Shown: positions 1 through 10,317, counted from the first letter of the stretch. The stretch: DNA of 64,000 nucleotides from an uncultured Victivallales bacterium (GCA_964646045.1 CAZYAW010000088.1:239-64238); one strand, 5' to 3'. The notes: generated by a model from the sequence alone, not told the origin. A program made the numbers and translations.

Positions 1-331
1 TGAAACCTTCTCCTTTATGGATCTGACCGACTACAGCCAGTTCACGCTGGAGGCCGGGGAATTGGACGAGGTCGCCGACTATCTGACCGAGAATCTGGAA
101 GGCATTACGGCCCTGATTTCCGACGAGCGCATTCTGGGCGTCGAACCGCCGCCGGTCGTCGAACTGGAGATTGTCGAAACCGCCCCGTCCGTCCATGGCG
201 CATCCGTTACGGCGCGCACCAAGGCGGCCACCCTGACGACCGGCCTGGTCGTTCAGGTGCCCGAGTATCTGGAAAGCGGGGAACGCGTGCGCGTGGACAC
301 CCGCACCGCCCGCTACCTGGCGCGGGCCTGA
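1..331 (+). CDS. efp: Elongation factor P, 3' end (gene starts upstream of window)
   Basis: C-terminal EF-P motifs (..VQVPEYLESGERVRVDTRTARYLARA*). The frame is open to the window start. Stop TGA at 329-331. Confidence 0.8.
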   Translation, partial: ETFSFMDLTDYSQFTLEAGELDEVADYLTENLEGITALISDERILGVEPPPVVELEIVETAPSVHGASVTARTKAATLTTGLVVQVPEYLESGERVRVDTRTARYLARA

Positions 332-1635
332 TCCGAATTCGGCCAGACCGCATCGGGATCCAGAACGGCCGGCAGCACTTTTTGGCTGAACACGGCCGAC
401 CAGGAGTATTCACGCACGATTCTTTTGCGGAACTGCAGGCGCGGACTGTTGCGGAACGCTTTCCAGATCTGATTCGCGATCGAGCGGGCCCGGAACCTCT
501 CCGGAATATAGACGGCCTCCGGTCCGGCAATCTCGCGCAAGGCGGGAATGTCGCCCAGCGCCAGCACCAGGTCGGCCATACCGGCCTCCAGAACGGGAAT
601 GCCGAAACCTTCCTTGCTACTGGGGAAAAGCAGCACGTCCGAGACCACCATCAGCGCGCGCAGACTGGCCCGTCGAATGCTCTTCTCAAAACGCTCGCAC
701 AAGAACACGACTTCCGCTTCCAGACCGAGGTTCTGGCGCAATGCCAGCAGTTCCGCATAATAGCGAACGGAGTCGGCATTGTGCGGATCGGGCGCGCCCG
801 TGATCATCCAGCGCACCGACTTGCCCTGGGCCTTGAAGGCCGCGACGATTTTCAAGCCCGCCTCCAGATTCTTGCGTCGCACAATGCGGGCGGGCGTCAC
901 GGCCACGATGTCCTTCTCGAAAAGCCGCTCGGCCCGGTAGAATTCAAACACCTGCGACGTCAGTCCCAGCAGCGACGCAACATCGACCCCGTCGGGAAAA
1001 ACCGGCAACTCGGACCGGGCCACGCCGAAGAGCCGCCTGAACTCTTTGCGGCGCTGTTCGGATATAACCGCGTAATCGCAGCCGGGCAGACGTTGCTTGA
1101 GCAGCGACCACGGATACTCGTCGCGCTGATGACGCCGATAGTTCTTGTCGGCGAAAGTCGAATCGTGACACCAGGCCACAAAACGCGGCCCGCCGCCCCG
1201 TTCCATAAACCGGGCCAGCGCGGCGGTCAGAACCAGATTGAAATGCATCGTCATGACATTGTGGATTAGACACACATCCACCCCGTGCAGGGCCGGTTTC
1301 AGCGCCTGCTCGATCCTGCGCACGGCGCTCTCGAAACCCGCCGGCACCCCTCCTTCGTTGAGCGCGTCCACCGTAGCGCGCAAGGGGCCTCCGTCCGAAG
1401 CCGCCTCCGGCACAATCACCGTGCGCACTTGCGGATGCACCTCTCCGCCCTTGCCCGCAATAACGCGCACGCTACATCCCGCCTCGACAAACATGGCGGC
1501 GTGCGCCTCCACCACAAATTCCACCCCGCCAATCACCGGCGGGCAGGAATAATGCAGTAGAGCCACCGTCGTGTCGCGCGCAGCCCTCGCCGCCCGTGAG
1601 CGCCCTTGCCCCGTGCTAGGCCTCGAGTTTTTCAA
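313..1635 (-). CDS. Glycosyltransferase family 4 (GT-B, RfaG-like); true start may be an internal GTG/ATG near 1570
   Basis: GT4 N-terminal motif (LLHYSCPPVIGGVEFVV) and C-terminal EX7E-like region (SSKEGFGIPVLEAGMA). The 3' end overlaps the efp 3' end convergently by 19 nt. Confidence 0.7.
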   Translation of the reverse strand: MKNSRPSTGQGRSRAARAARDTTVALLHYSCPPVIGGVEFVVEAHAAMFVEAGCSVRVIAGKGGEVHPQVRTVIVPEAASDGGPLRATVDALNEGGVPAGFESAVRRIEQALKPALHGVDVCLIHNVMTMHFNLVLTAALARFMERGGGPRFVAWCHDSTFADKNYRRHQRDEYPWSLLKQRLPGCDYAVISEQRRKEFRRLFGVARSELPVFPDGVDVASLLGLTSQVFEFYRAERLFEKDIVAVTPARIVRRKNLEAGLKIVAAFKAQGKSVRWMITGAPDPHNADSVRYYAELLALRQNLGLEAEVVFLCERFEKSIRRASLRALMVVSDVLLFPSSKEGFGIPVLEAGMADLVLALGDIPALREIAGPEAVYIPERFRARSIANQIWKAFRNSPRLQFRKRIVREYSWSAVFSQKVLPAVLDPDAVWPNSDQARAR

Positions 1636-2803
1636 TGAGTCGTCCTCTCGTCCGATGAAACAAACGCGCCTGTTTCAGCACTTCCTCTTCCGCGCGATCC
1701 GCATCCCAATCCCAGGTTTTATTCATAAACGACAGCGTCCGTCCGAAATACAAACCCTTGAACGACTCCACCAGCTCCGCGCGATCCTCCCCATCACGAA
1801 AAGCCACGATCATATCGTACACGGTCGCAGCCCAGGCCTCGGGCTGGATATCGATGCGCCCGCCTTCGAACATGGCTGCCAGTTCGCGATAGAGATCCGC
1901 CGCGAGAGCTTTTTCCAGCGTGCCCCGATGCTGCCCAAAGCCTTCGCGCGCCTTTTTCTCGATCGCCGCGCGATCCACCTTCAGATCCTGCGGCGGATCC
2001 AGCTCTCGGAGCCCGAACAGTTCCTGCTCCTGCACTTCGTCGAGCGCTTTCCATTGCTCGAAACTGCGCAACACGGTCAAAAAGGCGGTACTGACCACCT
2101 GACTGAACATAGGCCCCAACTTGGGCGCGCTGGGCTTGTGCACCTTGGCTCCCAGCCCCGCGTTGCAAGTGCGGAACCCGCCTGTGATGGCGTTCATGGT
2201 CATGAAGACGTCGATCCCGTACTCCTCGGTCGTCAAATGCCAGGGCTGGCAAATCAAATGCTTCACGAAACGGCGCGACAGCGCGAAATCGCCGCCGATG
2301 GGCTGGCGTATGTTACGACAGAACAGTCCGTAGACGATGGGGAAGCAGATGTTTTTGGTGATGGTGCCGTCGTACTTGTGGCGCGAATAGACCGGATTGA
2401 CAAAATCGAAGCCCTGCCGCACCGGCTCGACAAAGTATTGGATCCATTCGGGCGTCACGCTCAGCAAATCGGCGTCCAGGCAAACCAGGATGTCCGTATC
2501 CAGTTCCATGACCTTGCGGAACATGTTTTCGAAATTGTAACCTTTGCCGGGCGTGTCCGGCGGCGTGGTAATGTAAATGCGCGGCACATCGGTCGGGGCC
2601 GCCATGAAGGCGCCCTCCGTATCGTCGGGCGAATGGTTGTCGCAGTTGATAATGGCATAGGAACGGTCCCCGCAATATTTCTTGAGACCCAGCCCGGCCT
2701 GCTCCGTCGGATAGGCGATGCTGTCAGCCTCCATATAGGATGCCAGGCCGACCACGACCTTGGCTTCCGTTACGGCTTGCGGATTGTTTTCCCGTTCGAA
2801 CAT
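1616..2803 (-). CDS. GT-A fold glycosyltransferase resembling mannosylglycerate/glucosylglycerate synthase (GT78-like)
   Basis: Motifs GKG..., DXD (CLDADL), QPIGGDFA and YGIDVF align from memory with Rhodothermus MGS motifs (GKGDGMNTAL, FYDADI, QPLGGE, WGID). AAGGAG Shine-Dalgarno 9 nt upstream of the ATG. Overlaps the downstream GT4 by 20 nt. Confidence 0.55.
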   Translation of the reverse strand: MFERENNPQAVTEAKVVVGLASYMEADSIAYPTEQAGLGLKKYCGDRSYAIINCDNHSPDDTEGAFMAAPTDVPRIYITTPPDTPGKGYNFENMFRKVMELDTDILVCLDADLLSVTPEWIQYFVEPVRQGFDFVNPVYSRHKYDGTITKNICFPIVYGLFCRNIRQPIGGDFALSRRFVKHLICQPWHLTTEEYGIDVFMTMNAITGGFRTCNAGLGAKVHKPSAPKLGPMFSQVVSTAFLTVLRSFEQWKALDEVQEQELFGLRELDPPQDLKVDRAAIEKKAREGFGQHRGTLEKALAADLYRELAAMFEGGRIDIQPEAWAATVYDMIVAFRDGEDRAELVESFKGLYFGRTLSFMNKTWDWDADRAEEEVLKQARLFHRTRGRLIEKLEA

Positions 2804-3144
2804 TTTTCACGTCTCCTTCTTGGGGGTTGTTGCGATTCCTATCCTGTCGCGATATCCGGAGAAACCCGCGACAGCGGGCGAAAGGGCCTGACGATCCATC
2901 CGGACTACGCACAAGGAAACACTCCGTCCGCTACCGTCATCGACGCAGGAGCCTACGCAACCAGTATGAGAATCGCATTCGTTGTCCGTGAATACTATCT
3001 TCCGCCTTCCTTGTCAAATCAATTAGCAATGAAGCATCGCATTTTTCGTGCTAAACCAGCGGTCTCATCGCATCCTGCAATGATCCGCCCCGCTTTGCTT
3101 TTGCTGGCAAGCAGCAGGGTGGCCGATGTTGTTTATCGCCCGAA

Positions 3145-3700
3145 TTGACCATCGCGCCCGGCGTGACCGTCACCGTGCAGTACCAGCGCGGACTGGAGCT
3201 GGCCAGCAAGGGCGACATGAGCATCGGACCGTCGTCGATGTTCATGGCGGAATGGGAGGGGTCGTTAGCGCCGATCCGCATAATTGGTACTCGGGAAGCG
3301 GGAGTGCGGGCCGGATCGCCGTCTATTACCGTGAGAGCTTCACGTACACGGGCGCCTACACCGCCGACATGGCGATGCCCGACGACGGCGGGGGCGCCTA
3401 CACGGCCGACATGCCAGCCGTTTTCAATATCAACGGCGGCAACAACGCTTCCAACAGCAGCGTTGAACCCGGCTCGATCGGCACGTTCTACCTGTCGGTC
3501 ACGTTCCCCTATGAGCCGATTGTCGACGGCACCGTATTCCTCTTCCGGCAGTGCGGACGGCGATGGCGAGGTGCGCGCCCGGCAGCTTCGCGGCGGGCCC
3601 CCTGCTCTGCGTGACGGCTGCGGCCGAGACCGAAGCCGCCTTGAAGGACCTGTCGGACGAGGAACGCGGGAATTTGTCGAAGCACTCGACATCCGCGTAC
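3145..3700 (+). pseudogene. Candidate disrupted ORF(s). Coding-like GC3 signal moves between three plus-strand frames (ORFs 3145.., 3126..3614, 3551..); contains an internal GAYTADM direct repeat
   Basis: GC-rich third positions switch register near 3265 and near 3545. A tandem repeat ggcgcctacac(c/g)gccgacatg lies at 3351-3410. No intact single ORF covers the signal. Confidence 0.25.
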
Positions 3701-3722
3701 CGGTCGGGGAGTTTTCCATTCT

Positions 3723-4824
3723 TCAACAGCCAGCGGTGGCGTTTTCCCATTGCGGATCGAGTGACAGGCCCAACATGCGGGCTTCGTCGAGAAAACCGGG
3801 GCGGATGCCGGTGGCGTGATGCGCGCCCAGCAGTTTGCCGTCGGGTCCCAGGCTCTGCGCGCGGTACTCCAACAGACATTGCATGCGGTATTCGCCGCCC
3901 TGCAAGGGAAGCACTTCGGAAATGTGCGTAATTTTGCGCGATCCGTCCGCCAACCGCGCGGTATGCACTACGATGTCGATAGCGGTCGCCACCTGCGCGC
4001 GCAAGGCCACCAGCGGTATGTCGAGGCCGGAAAGCAAGGCGCAGGTCTCGATGCGGAAAAGGCAGTCAATGGGACTGTTGGCGTGGATGGTGGACATGCT
4101 GCCGTCGTGCCCGGTATTGAGCGCCTGCAGCAAGTCGAGAGATTCTCCGCCGCGAATCTCGCCGATCACGAGCCGGTCCGGCCGCAGACGCAAGGCGGAG
4201 GCGACCAGGTCGCGCACGGTCACTTCGTTCTGGCCGTGCTTGTCGGGCTTGCGGGTCTCGAAGGGGACAATGTGTTCCTGCTGCAACTGCAGCTCGCTGG
4301 CGTCCTCGATCACCAGAATGCGATCCTCGTTGGGGATCAGACTGCTCAACACGTTCAGCACGCTGGTCTTGCCGGAGGAGGTGGCGCCGGAGACGATCAC
4401 GTTCTTGCGGGTCTTGACCAACGCGTCCAGCAGCTCGGCGCCGAGTTCCGAGATGCTGCCGAAAGCGATCAACTGCGGCATCGTGAGCTTTTCCTTGCTG
4501 AACTTGCGAATGGCCACCACGGTTCCGCAGCGGGCCAGCGGCGGGATGACGGCATGCACGCGCGAACCGTCGGGCAGGCGGGCGTCCAGCCGGGGATTGG
4601 CCTCGTCCAGGATACGCCCGACGTTTTTCGCCACGTTAACGGCGGCGGCCTTGAGAGCCGGCTCGCTCACAAAGCGGGCCGCCGTTTTCTCCAGCTTGCC
4701 CCGCCGCTCGATGTAGATGCAGGCCGGACCGTTGATCATGATTTCGGATACGCTGTCGTCCTGCAGAAATTCGCGTATCGGCTCGAAAAACAAGAGCAGA
4801 AAAGAATCTTTTTCCTCGACCATC
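3723..4824 (-). CDS. CpaF/TadA/VirB11-family secretion ATPase (type II/IV secretion NTPase), standalone
   Basis: Walker A GATSSGKTS, Walker B DRLVIGEIRG and His-box motifs. GGGGAGGGG Shine-Dalgarno 4 nt upstream of the ATG at 4824. The ORF-track extension to 4964 is R/G-rich and is rejected. Confidence 0.75.
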
Positions 4825-4923
4825 GTCCCCTCCCCTGCTGCGGCGCGAAAGCGCCATCCAATTAACCGTTCACCAGCGGACTGTGCGCCCTCGATCCCGA
4901 CGGCACCCTTCGCACGAAAGCCT

Positions 4924-4951
4924 TTTATAGAGATCGCACCCCGCCGGTCAA
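4924..4951 (-). promoter_or_regulatory. Sigma70-like promoter (TTGACC-N16-TATAAA) for the CpaF-like gene
   Basis: On the minus strand, -35 TTGACC lies at 4946-4951 and -10 TATAAA at 4924-4929. The element sits in a locally AT-rich murJ/cpaF intergenic stretch. Confidence 0.35.
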
Positions 4952-4967
4952 GACAATATAACAACGA

Positions 4968-6560
4968 TCACCGGATCCCTCGATCCAGGCGGCGCAGCAG
5001 AAACAGCAGCACGCCGTAGCACAGCGCGCCGACGGCGACCGTCGCCAGCAGTCCCATCGTCTGTTGCGCTTTGGCCGGCAGCGCCGGAGTCTGCGCAAGA
5101 CGCAGGAGACATGGGTAGAGCATGACGACCAGCCCGCCCATCGGAGCGGCGGCGCACAGGATCGGCCCGAGACCGCGCGCCACGGCGCGCCAGTCGGGAA
5201 CCGCCAGGCGCCGCCGCAGAAGAACGGCCAGCGCCAGGCCGTTGAACAGGCTCGCCAGAACGGTGGCAAAGGCCAGGCCGGCATGCTTGTACGCGGCCGG
5301 CCAGGTCAGAATAAAGAGCAGGTTAAGACCCAGGTTGAGGCCGACGGCCGCCAGTCCGACCCGCACGGGCGTGCGAGTGTCCTTGAGCGCGTAAAAGGCG
5401 GGAACCAGCGTTTTCTGAAGCGAGAATACGACGAGGCCCGGCGCATAGAAGAGAAGCGCGCGCGCGGTTTGCGCGGTGGACAAGGCGTCGAACTCGCGGC
5501 CGGGCCATTCGTAGATCATCTGCGTGACCGGGCGCGCCAGCAGCGCCAGCCCGACGGCAGCGGGAATGACAAGGGCCATCAGCCGGATCAGCGCCGATTG
5601 GAGCAGTCCGCCCATGCGGTCGGCGGTTCCGGCGGCGACACAGCGCGCCAGAGTCGGCAGGAGCACGGTCCCCGTCGCCGTGGCAAAGACGCCCAGCGGC
5701 AAATAGACAATCAGTTCCGCAAAGGAGAGCGCGGCCGGAGCCCAGTCGGCGACCCAATACGCCAGGAATCCGTCCAGCAGCACATTGACCTGGAATACGC
5801 CCATGCCAAAGGCGACCGGCGCCATGGCGCGAACGATTCTTTTGATCTGCGGATCGTGCAAGGCGGGGGTGCGCCGCGCGGCGACCGTGCGATGGGCGGA
5901 GGCGCGGCCAGGGTGACGCAGAAGACGGAACAGCAAAGGCAACTGGGCCAGAAGCTGCACGAGCCCCGCCAGCACAATCGCCCAGGCCACGCCGAAAATG
6001 CGCTCCTGCGGCCGTTCGCCCAGTCGCGGACAGACCGTCAGCAACGCCGCAATCCAGACGACATTGAGCAGAACCGGGACGAAGGCCGGTACGAAGAAAC
6101 GATGAAAGGTATTGAGGATGGCCGCGCCCAGGGCGACCAGGCAGATGAAAACGAGATAGGGCAACAAAATGGCCAGCAGGGAAAAGAACAGCTCGGCGCT
6201 GCCGTCCGGTGCGGAGCGGGAGCGCATCAGGAGCGCCAGCGCCATGCCGCCGGCGGCGATCATGACCAGAGTCGCCGTCAAGAGAGCGGCCACACGGGCG
6301 GCCAACTGACGAGCGCGCGGCAAACCTTCCTGTTCGAGGGTTTCGGCGAAGACGGGTATAAATGCCGCCGCCAGGGCGCCCTCGCCAAACAGACGCCGAA
6401 ACAGATTGGGCACGCGAAACGCCAGCACAAAAGCCGATTGCGCCGACGAAGTCCCGAACAGGGCGGCCATCAGCACACTGCGCAGAAGGCCCAGCGCCTT
6501 GCTGGAAGCGGTGCCGAGACTGACTAGGCGAGTCGAGTTCGGCAGGCGCTCACGGTTCAT
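4968..6560 (-). CDS. murJ: Lipid II flippase MurJ (MviN)
   Basis: MurJ N-terminal motif (LRSVLMAALFGTSSAQSAFVLAFRVPNLFRRLFGEGALAAAFIPVF), 530 aa, polytopic. Confidence 0.8.
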   Translation of the reverse strand: MNRERLPNSTRLVSLGTASSKALGLLRSVLMAALFGTSSAQSAFVLAFRVPNLFRRLFGEGALAAAFIPVFAETLEQEGLPRARQLAARVAALLTATLVMIAAGGMALALLMRSRSAPDGSAELFFSLLAILLPYLVFICLVALGAAILNTFHRFFVPAFVPVLLNVVWIAALLTVCPRLGERPQERIFGVAWAIVLAGLVQLLAQLPLLFRLLRHPGRASAHRTVAARRTPALHDPQIKRIVRAMAPVAFGMGVFQVNVLLDGFLAYWVADWAPAALSFAELIVYLPLGVFATATGTVLLPTLARCVAAGTADRMGGLLQSALIRLMALVIPAAVGLALLARPVTQMIYEWPGREFDALSTAQTARALLFYAPGLVVFSLQKTLVPAFYALKDTRTPVRVGLAAVGLNLGLNLLFILTWPAAYKHAGLAFATVLASLFNGLALAVLLRRRLAVPDWRAVARGLGPILCAAAPMGGLVVMLYPCLLRLAQTPALPAKAQQTMGLLATVAVGALCYGVLLFLLRRLDRGIR

Positions 6561-7587
6561 GCCCGGCTCCGTTCAGCAAGGAGACAGCCTCCTGAAACAC
6601 GCGTTCCGCCGGTATGGCGTGCAAGACGCGCCGGGCCTCCGGCGAGGCGGCGCCGATGCGGCGGTCGTGCGTCACACGGGGCAGCGTCACGATGCGGCAC
6701 CGCGCCGCAAGCGGCCCGGTGCGGCGCGGATCGGTCGTCCCGAAGACGGCTACCAGCGGCGTACCGACGGCCGCCGCCAGATGCATGGCGCCGCTGTCGT
6801 TGGCCACCAGCAAACGACTGGCCCGCAGCACGGCCGCCAACTGCGGCAGACTCGTTTGACCGGCCAGATTGACGGCGGCCGACCCGATGCCGGCGGCCAC
6901 CTCTCGACACAGCTCGTATTCCGCGGCGGTCCCCAGCACGACAAGCGGCACGGTACGCGACGACGCCCAGTGCCGACCCAACTCGATAAAGCGCTCGGCC
7001 GGCCAGCGTTTGGAAGGACCGCGGGCCGCGCCCGGCGCCAGCGCAACGGGCGGCGCATCGGCACGCAACGCGAAATGCGCGCACGTCTCAGCGCACAGCT
7101 TCTCCGGCAACTGCAGAACGGGCGCCTCGTCCGCCGCCGCACACTCCACACCGTCCAGAATCGACAGAGTTTCGCACATTTGATGTCGCTCGTGCAATGA
7201 CGGTGCATAGGGTACGACGCGGGTGAGCAGAGCCCGCCGCCAATGGCCGGCGAAGCCGATCCGTTCAGGTATGCCGGCCAGAAAGGGAATCCAGGCGGCG
7301 CGAAACGAGTTGGGGAGAATGTAGGCCTGACGAAATTTTCGGCGGCGCAACGCCCGGGCGACGCGGAACGTACCGGCCAGCGTACTCTGGAACGGAATCA
7401 CGGAGGCGATCGGCTCGTTCAGCGTCCACAAGTCGCGCAGCGCGGCCTTGCACAAGACGGCGGGCGGGACGGACAAGCGGCGTTCGCGCAGGAAAGCGCG
7501 CAAGGCGGGCATGCAGAGCAGCGCGTCCCCGAGCCAGTTGGGCGCGCAGATCAGGATGGTAGAGGCGTCATGCATCGTCAGGACCAT
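6550..7587 (-). CDS. GT9 ADP-heptose:LPS heptosyltransferase (WaaF/WaaC-like); start ambiguous (ATG 7587 or 7575)
   Basis: Heptosyltransferase motifs (ILICAPNWLGDALL, GTPLVAVFGTTDP). Overlaps the murJ start. Confidence 0.7.
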   Translation of the reverse strand: MVLTMHDASTILICAPNWLGDALLCMPALRAFLRERRLSVPPAVLCKAALRDLWTLNEPIASVIPFQSTLAGTFRVARALRRRKFRQAYILPNSFRAAWIPFLAGIPERIGFAGHWRRALLTRVVPYAPSLHERHQMCETLSILDGVECAAADEAPVLQLPEKLCAETCAHFALRADAPPVALAPGAARGPSKRWPAERFIELGRHWASSRTVPLVVLGTAAEYELCREVAAGIGSAAVNLAGQTSLPQLAAVLRASRLLVANDSGAMHLAAAVGTPLVAVFGTTDPRRTGPLAARCRIVTLPRVTHDRRIGAASPEARRVLHAIPAERVFQEAVSLLNGAGHEP

Positions 7588-7595
7588 GTTGATTG

Positions 7596-8777
7596 TCAGG
7601 CGCGAAAACAGATGCGCGCGATGCACTGTTCGAAGCTTTCCGCTCCGCTCAATATATCGATATCGACGCGTAAATAGAAAACGGGCAAATCGCCGGGAAA
7701 ATCCATGGCGGGAAACCGTACGGCGTCCTTTTCCGTGGTCACCAAAGCGTCGGCGCCGAGTTCGCGGCTTTCGCGGACGATGACCTCCAGTTCCTCTCGT
7801 CCGTACCGGTGATGGTCGGCGAAGCGGTGGCGCTTCAGGATGACGGCGCCCAGCCGCTCGAGTTCGCCTTCAAAACCGGAAGGCATGGCAATGCCCGACA
7901 GCACGACAATTTTGCGCTTGTCCACAAAGGACAAAGGATGCTCCGCGCCGCTGGCGACATGGCGGAAGAAGCGCGGACAGTGGCGGCATTCGATAATTTC
8001 CGCCCGCGCGTTCCAGGCGCGGATCTCGTTTTGGAGCGCCTCGTCGCCCTGCGGATCGGATTTGGTGACAAACACGAAATTAGCGCGCCGAATATTGCGG
8101 ATCGGTTCGCGCAAAATGCCGCGCGGCAGCACGTGCCCGTTGCCGAAAGGGTTGGTGCGGTCGACCAGCACGATTTCGACACGATGCTTGAGCGCCATGT
8201 ACTGAAAGCCGTCGTCGAGGATCAGGGTGTCGCACTGATGCCGGGCGATGGCGTAGCGTCCGCTTTTGACGCGGTTTTTATCGACCAGTACGCAGACGCC
8301 GGGCAGATTGGAAGCCAACATAAACGGCTCGTCTCCGCTCATCTCGGAGTCGAGCAGCACCCGCGTCCCGTCGGACACGACGCGCGGCGGACGTCGCATC
8401 TCGGCCAGGGTCAGCTTGCCCAGGGCCTTGCTCCAGAAACCGGGCTCCTTTTTCTTGTAGCCCCGACTCAGGACGGCCACTTTACGGCCTGCACGCGCCA
8501 GTTCCCGGGCAAACACCTCGACCACCGGCGTTTTTCCGGTGCCGCCCACGGTGAGATTGCCGACGCTAATGACCTGACAACCCAGCGCCTGATGACGGAA
8601 AAGGCCTATCTTATAAAAAAAAAGCCGGGTCTGCACAACGCCATAGTAGAGTTTGGAAAGTTGATGCAGTCCGAACAGAAAGAGCCGCGCGCACGGGCTG
8701 AGTTCGTATTCGGGGCCCCGTCGCTGAATGAAGGCGACAAAGAATGTTTCCAGTTTTTCGTACAAAGCGGTTTTCAT
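7596..8777 (-). CDS. lpxK: Tetraacyldisaccharide 4'-kinase
   Basis: LpxK P-loop ([13 protein letters not shown]) and length of 393 aa. Confidence 0.8.
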   Translation of the reverse strand: MKTALYEKLETFFVAFIQRRGPEYELSPCARLFLFGLHQLSKLYYGVVQTRLFFYKIGLFRHQALGCQVISVGNLTVGGTGKTPVVEVFARELARAGRKVAVLSRGYKKKEPGFWSKALGKLTLAEMRRPPRVVSDGTRVLLDSEMSGDEPFMLASNLPGVCVLVDKNRVKSGRYAIARHQCDTLILDDGFQYMALKHRVEIVLVDRTNPFGNGHVLPRGILREPIRNIRRANFVFVTKSDPQGDEALQNEIRAWNARAEIIECRHCPRFFRHVASGAEHPLSFVDKRKIVVLSGIAMPSGFEGELERLGAVILKRHRFADHHRYGREELEVIVRESRELGADALVTTEKDAVRFPAMDFPGDLPVFYLRVDIDILSGAESFEQCIARICFRA

Positions 8778-8872
8778 GGGGCGATCCCGGGCCTAAAACA
8801 AGCGAGCGCCAACCAAGCGGAGAACGTTCGCAGCCCCTTGATCGCACCCGCCTTCGCTATGGCCGCAAAGGC

Positions 8873-10258
8873 CTACAAGTAGGAACCTTCGACCTTCGAG
8901 CGGATATCGCGGAAGCCAATATCGGCCTGATAGATCATCTTGAAATAGCGAGCGGCCTCCTCCCGATTGCCGGTCGTCTCGCAGATTTCGCCCAACTCGT
9001 ACAGCACGTTCTTTTTGACATCGTCCATGGCTTCGAGTTCGGAGGCGGCCAGTTTCAACTGGTCCAGGGCCAGATCGAACTGTTTTTTGCGGCGGAAGCA
9101 CATGGCCATGTAGTACAGGGCCTGCTGACGCTGGCGGGGACTGCGCTGCGACCGCTGGAATTCCTGAATGGCCTCGTCCAGCCGCTCCCGCTGGAACAGC
9201 GCCCGCCCCCACTCGAAGCGCAGCCGCAGCTCGTTGGGATAGCGGCGAACGCGGTCTTCCAGATCGTGGAAGGCGTACTCGTCCCTTTCGGCATGGACGC
9301 GATCGGCCTCCGCCTGGTTACCGTCTTGCGTCAACTCGGCAATGCGGGCGTCGAACTGACGCAAGGTGGCCGAGGTCAGCGCCTGATCGAGCTCCGGATC
9401 GCCGGGATTGATGTTTATCGCCTGACGCAGCGTGTCGAGAGCCTCGTCAAAATGTCCCTTGTCCAGATACAGGCGGGCCAGCGCCTTGCGATAGTTGACA
9501 TTGCCGGGTTCCGCCTCGATTCTGGCCAGCGTCTCGTGTACCAGCGCATCGGCATCCTCGACGGTTTTGACCGCCTTGGCCTGTTTCTCCAACAGCGCGG
9601 CCTCCTGCGTGTCGCGAATCATGTCGCGGAAAGAGCCGCCCTTCTCGGAGGCTTCGACCCAGCCGCCCTTGATCATGCTCTCCATGGCCATGGTGTCCTT
9701 GACGGCCTTGAGAACTTCCGGATCCTTGGGCACGAGCGTTACGAGGTGATCGTACAGTTTGCGCGCCTCCGCCGTTTTCTCGCAAGCGACATACAACTGG
9801 CCCAGTCTTTTAAGGAGAGGTACCTCGGTCGGAGCCTGATCGCGCGCGATTTCCAGCGCCTGCAGGGCCACCTCCCGCATCTCGAGAACTTCCGCGCTGC
9901 GGACGAAAAGCATAACGGTCTTGAGGTCGAGCGGCATCTGGTCGAGAATGCGGTCGGCCAATTGCATGGCCTTGGCCGCTTTGTCAGACTGCAAATAGTA
10001 GGAGGCCAGGGCGTAGCGCCCCGCATTACGCAAACCGAGCATGGCGCGGCGCAATGCGCCGTCCCCTTTGCGTCGGTAGCTTTGAATGCGGGCGGCCCAC
10101 AGGTATTTACGACACTGCGTGGAAGCCGGATCCAGTTCGAGACAGGCCGTAAGCAATTCTATAGCGTAATCGGCGCTGCCTCGTTCGAGCGCCACCCGCG
10201 CCCGATTGAACATATCCTTCTGACGATCGGCCGAACGGCCTTCCTGGGTATAGCTCAT
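8873..10258 (-). CDS. TPR-repeat protein
   Basis: Repeated TPR-like helices (A..Y.LG..Y....AL..Y...) across 461 aa. Confidence 0.65.
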   Translation of the reverse strand: MSYTQEGRSADRQKDMFNRARVALERGSADYAIELLTACLELDPASTQCRKYLWAARIQSYRRKGDGALRRAMLGLRNAGRYALASYYLQSDKAAKAMQLADRILDQMPLDLKTVMLFVRSAEVLEMREVALQALEIARDQAPTEVPLLKRLGQLYVACEKTAEARKLYDHLVTLVPKDPEVLKAVKDTMAMESMIKGGWVEASEKGGSFRDMIRDTQEAALLEKQAKAVKTVEDADALVHETLARIEAEPGNVNYRKALARLYLDKGHFDEALDTLRQAININPGDPELDQALTSATLRQFDARIAELTQDGNQAEADRVHAERDEYAFHDLEDRVRRYPNELRLRFEWGRALFQRERLDEAIQEFQRSQRSPRQRQQALYYMAMCFRRKKQFDLALDQLKLAASELEAMDDVKKNVLYELGEICETTGNREEAARYFKMIYQADIGFRDIRSKVEGSYL

Positions 10259-10317
10259 AGATTCAGTCCATATCGCAGGTCCAAGCGAATTTTGGCGCCA
10301 TAGACAACAAAAAAACC

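Noticed and set aside
3051-3719. 222-aa minus-strand ORF in the 2804-3722 gap.
   Set aside because: R/P/S-rich translation. It shares wobble positions only with the first plus-strand segment, so it cannot explain the frame-hopping signal. Left unannotated, with the uncertainty noted in the findings.
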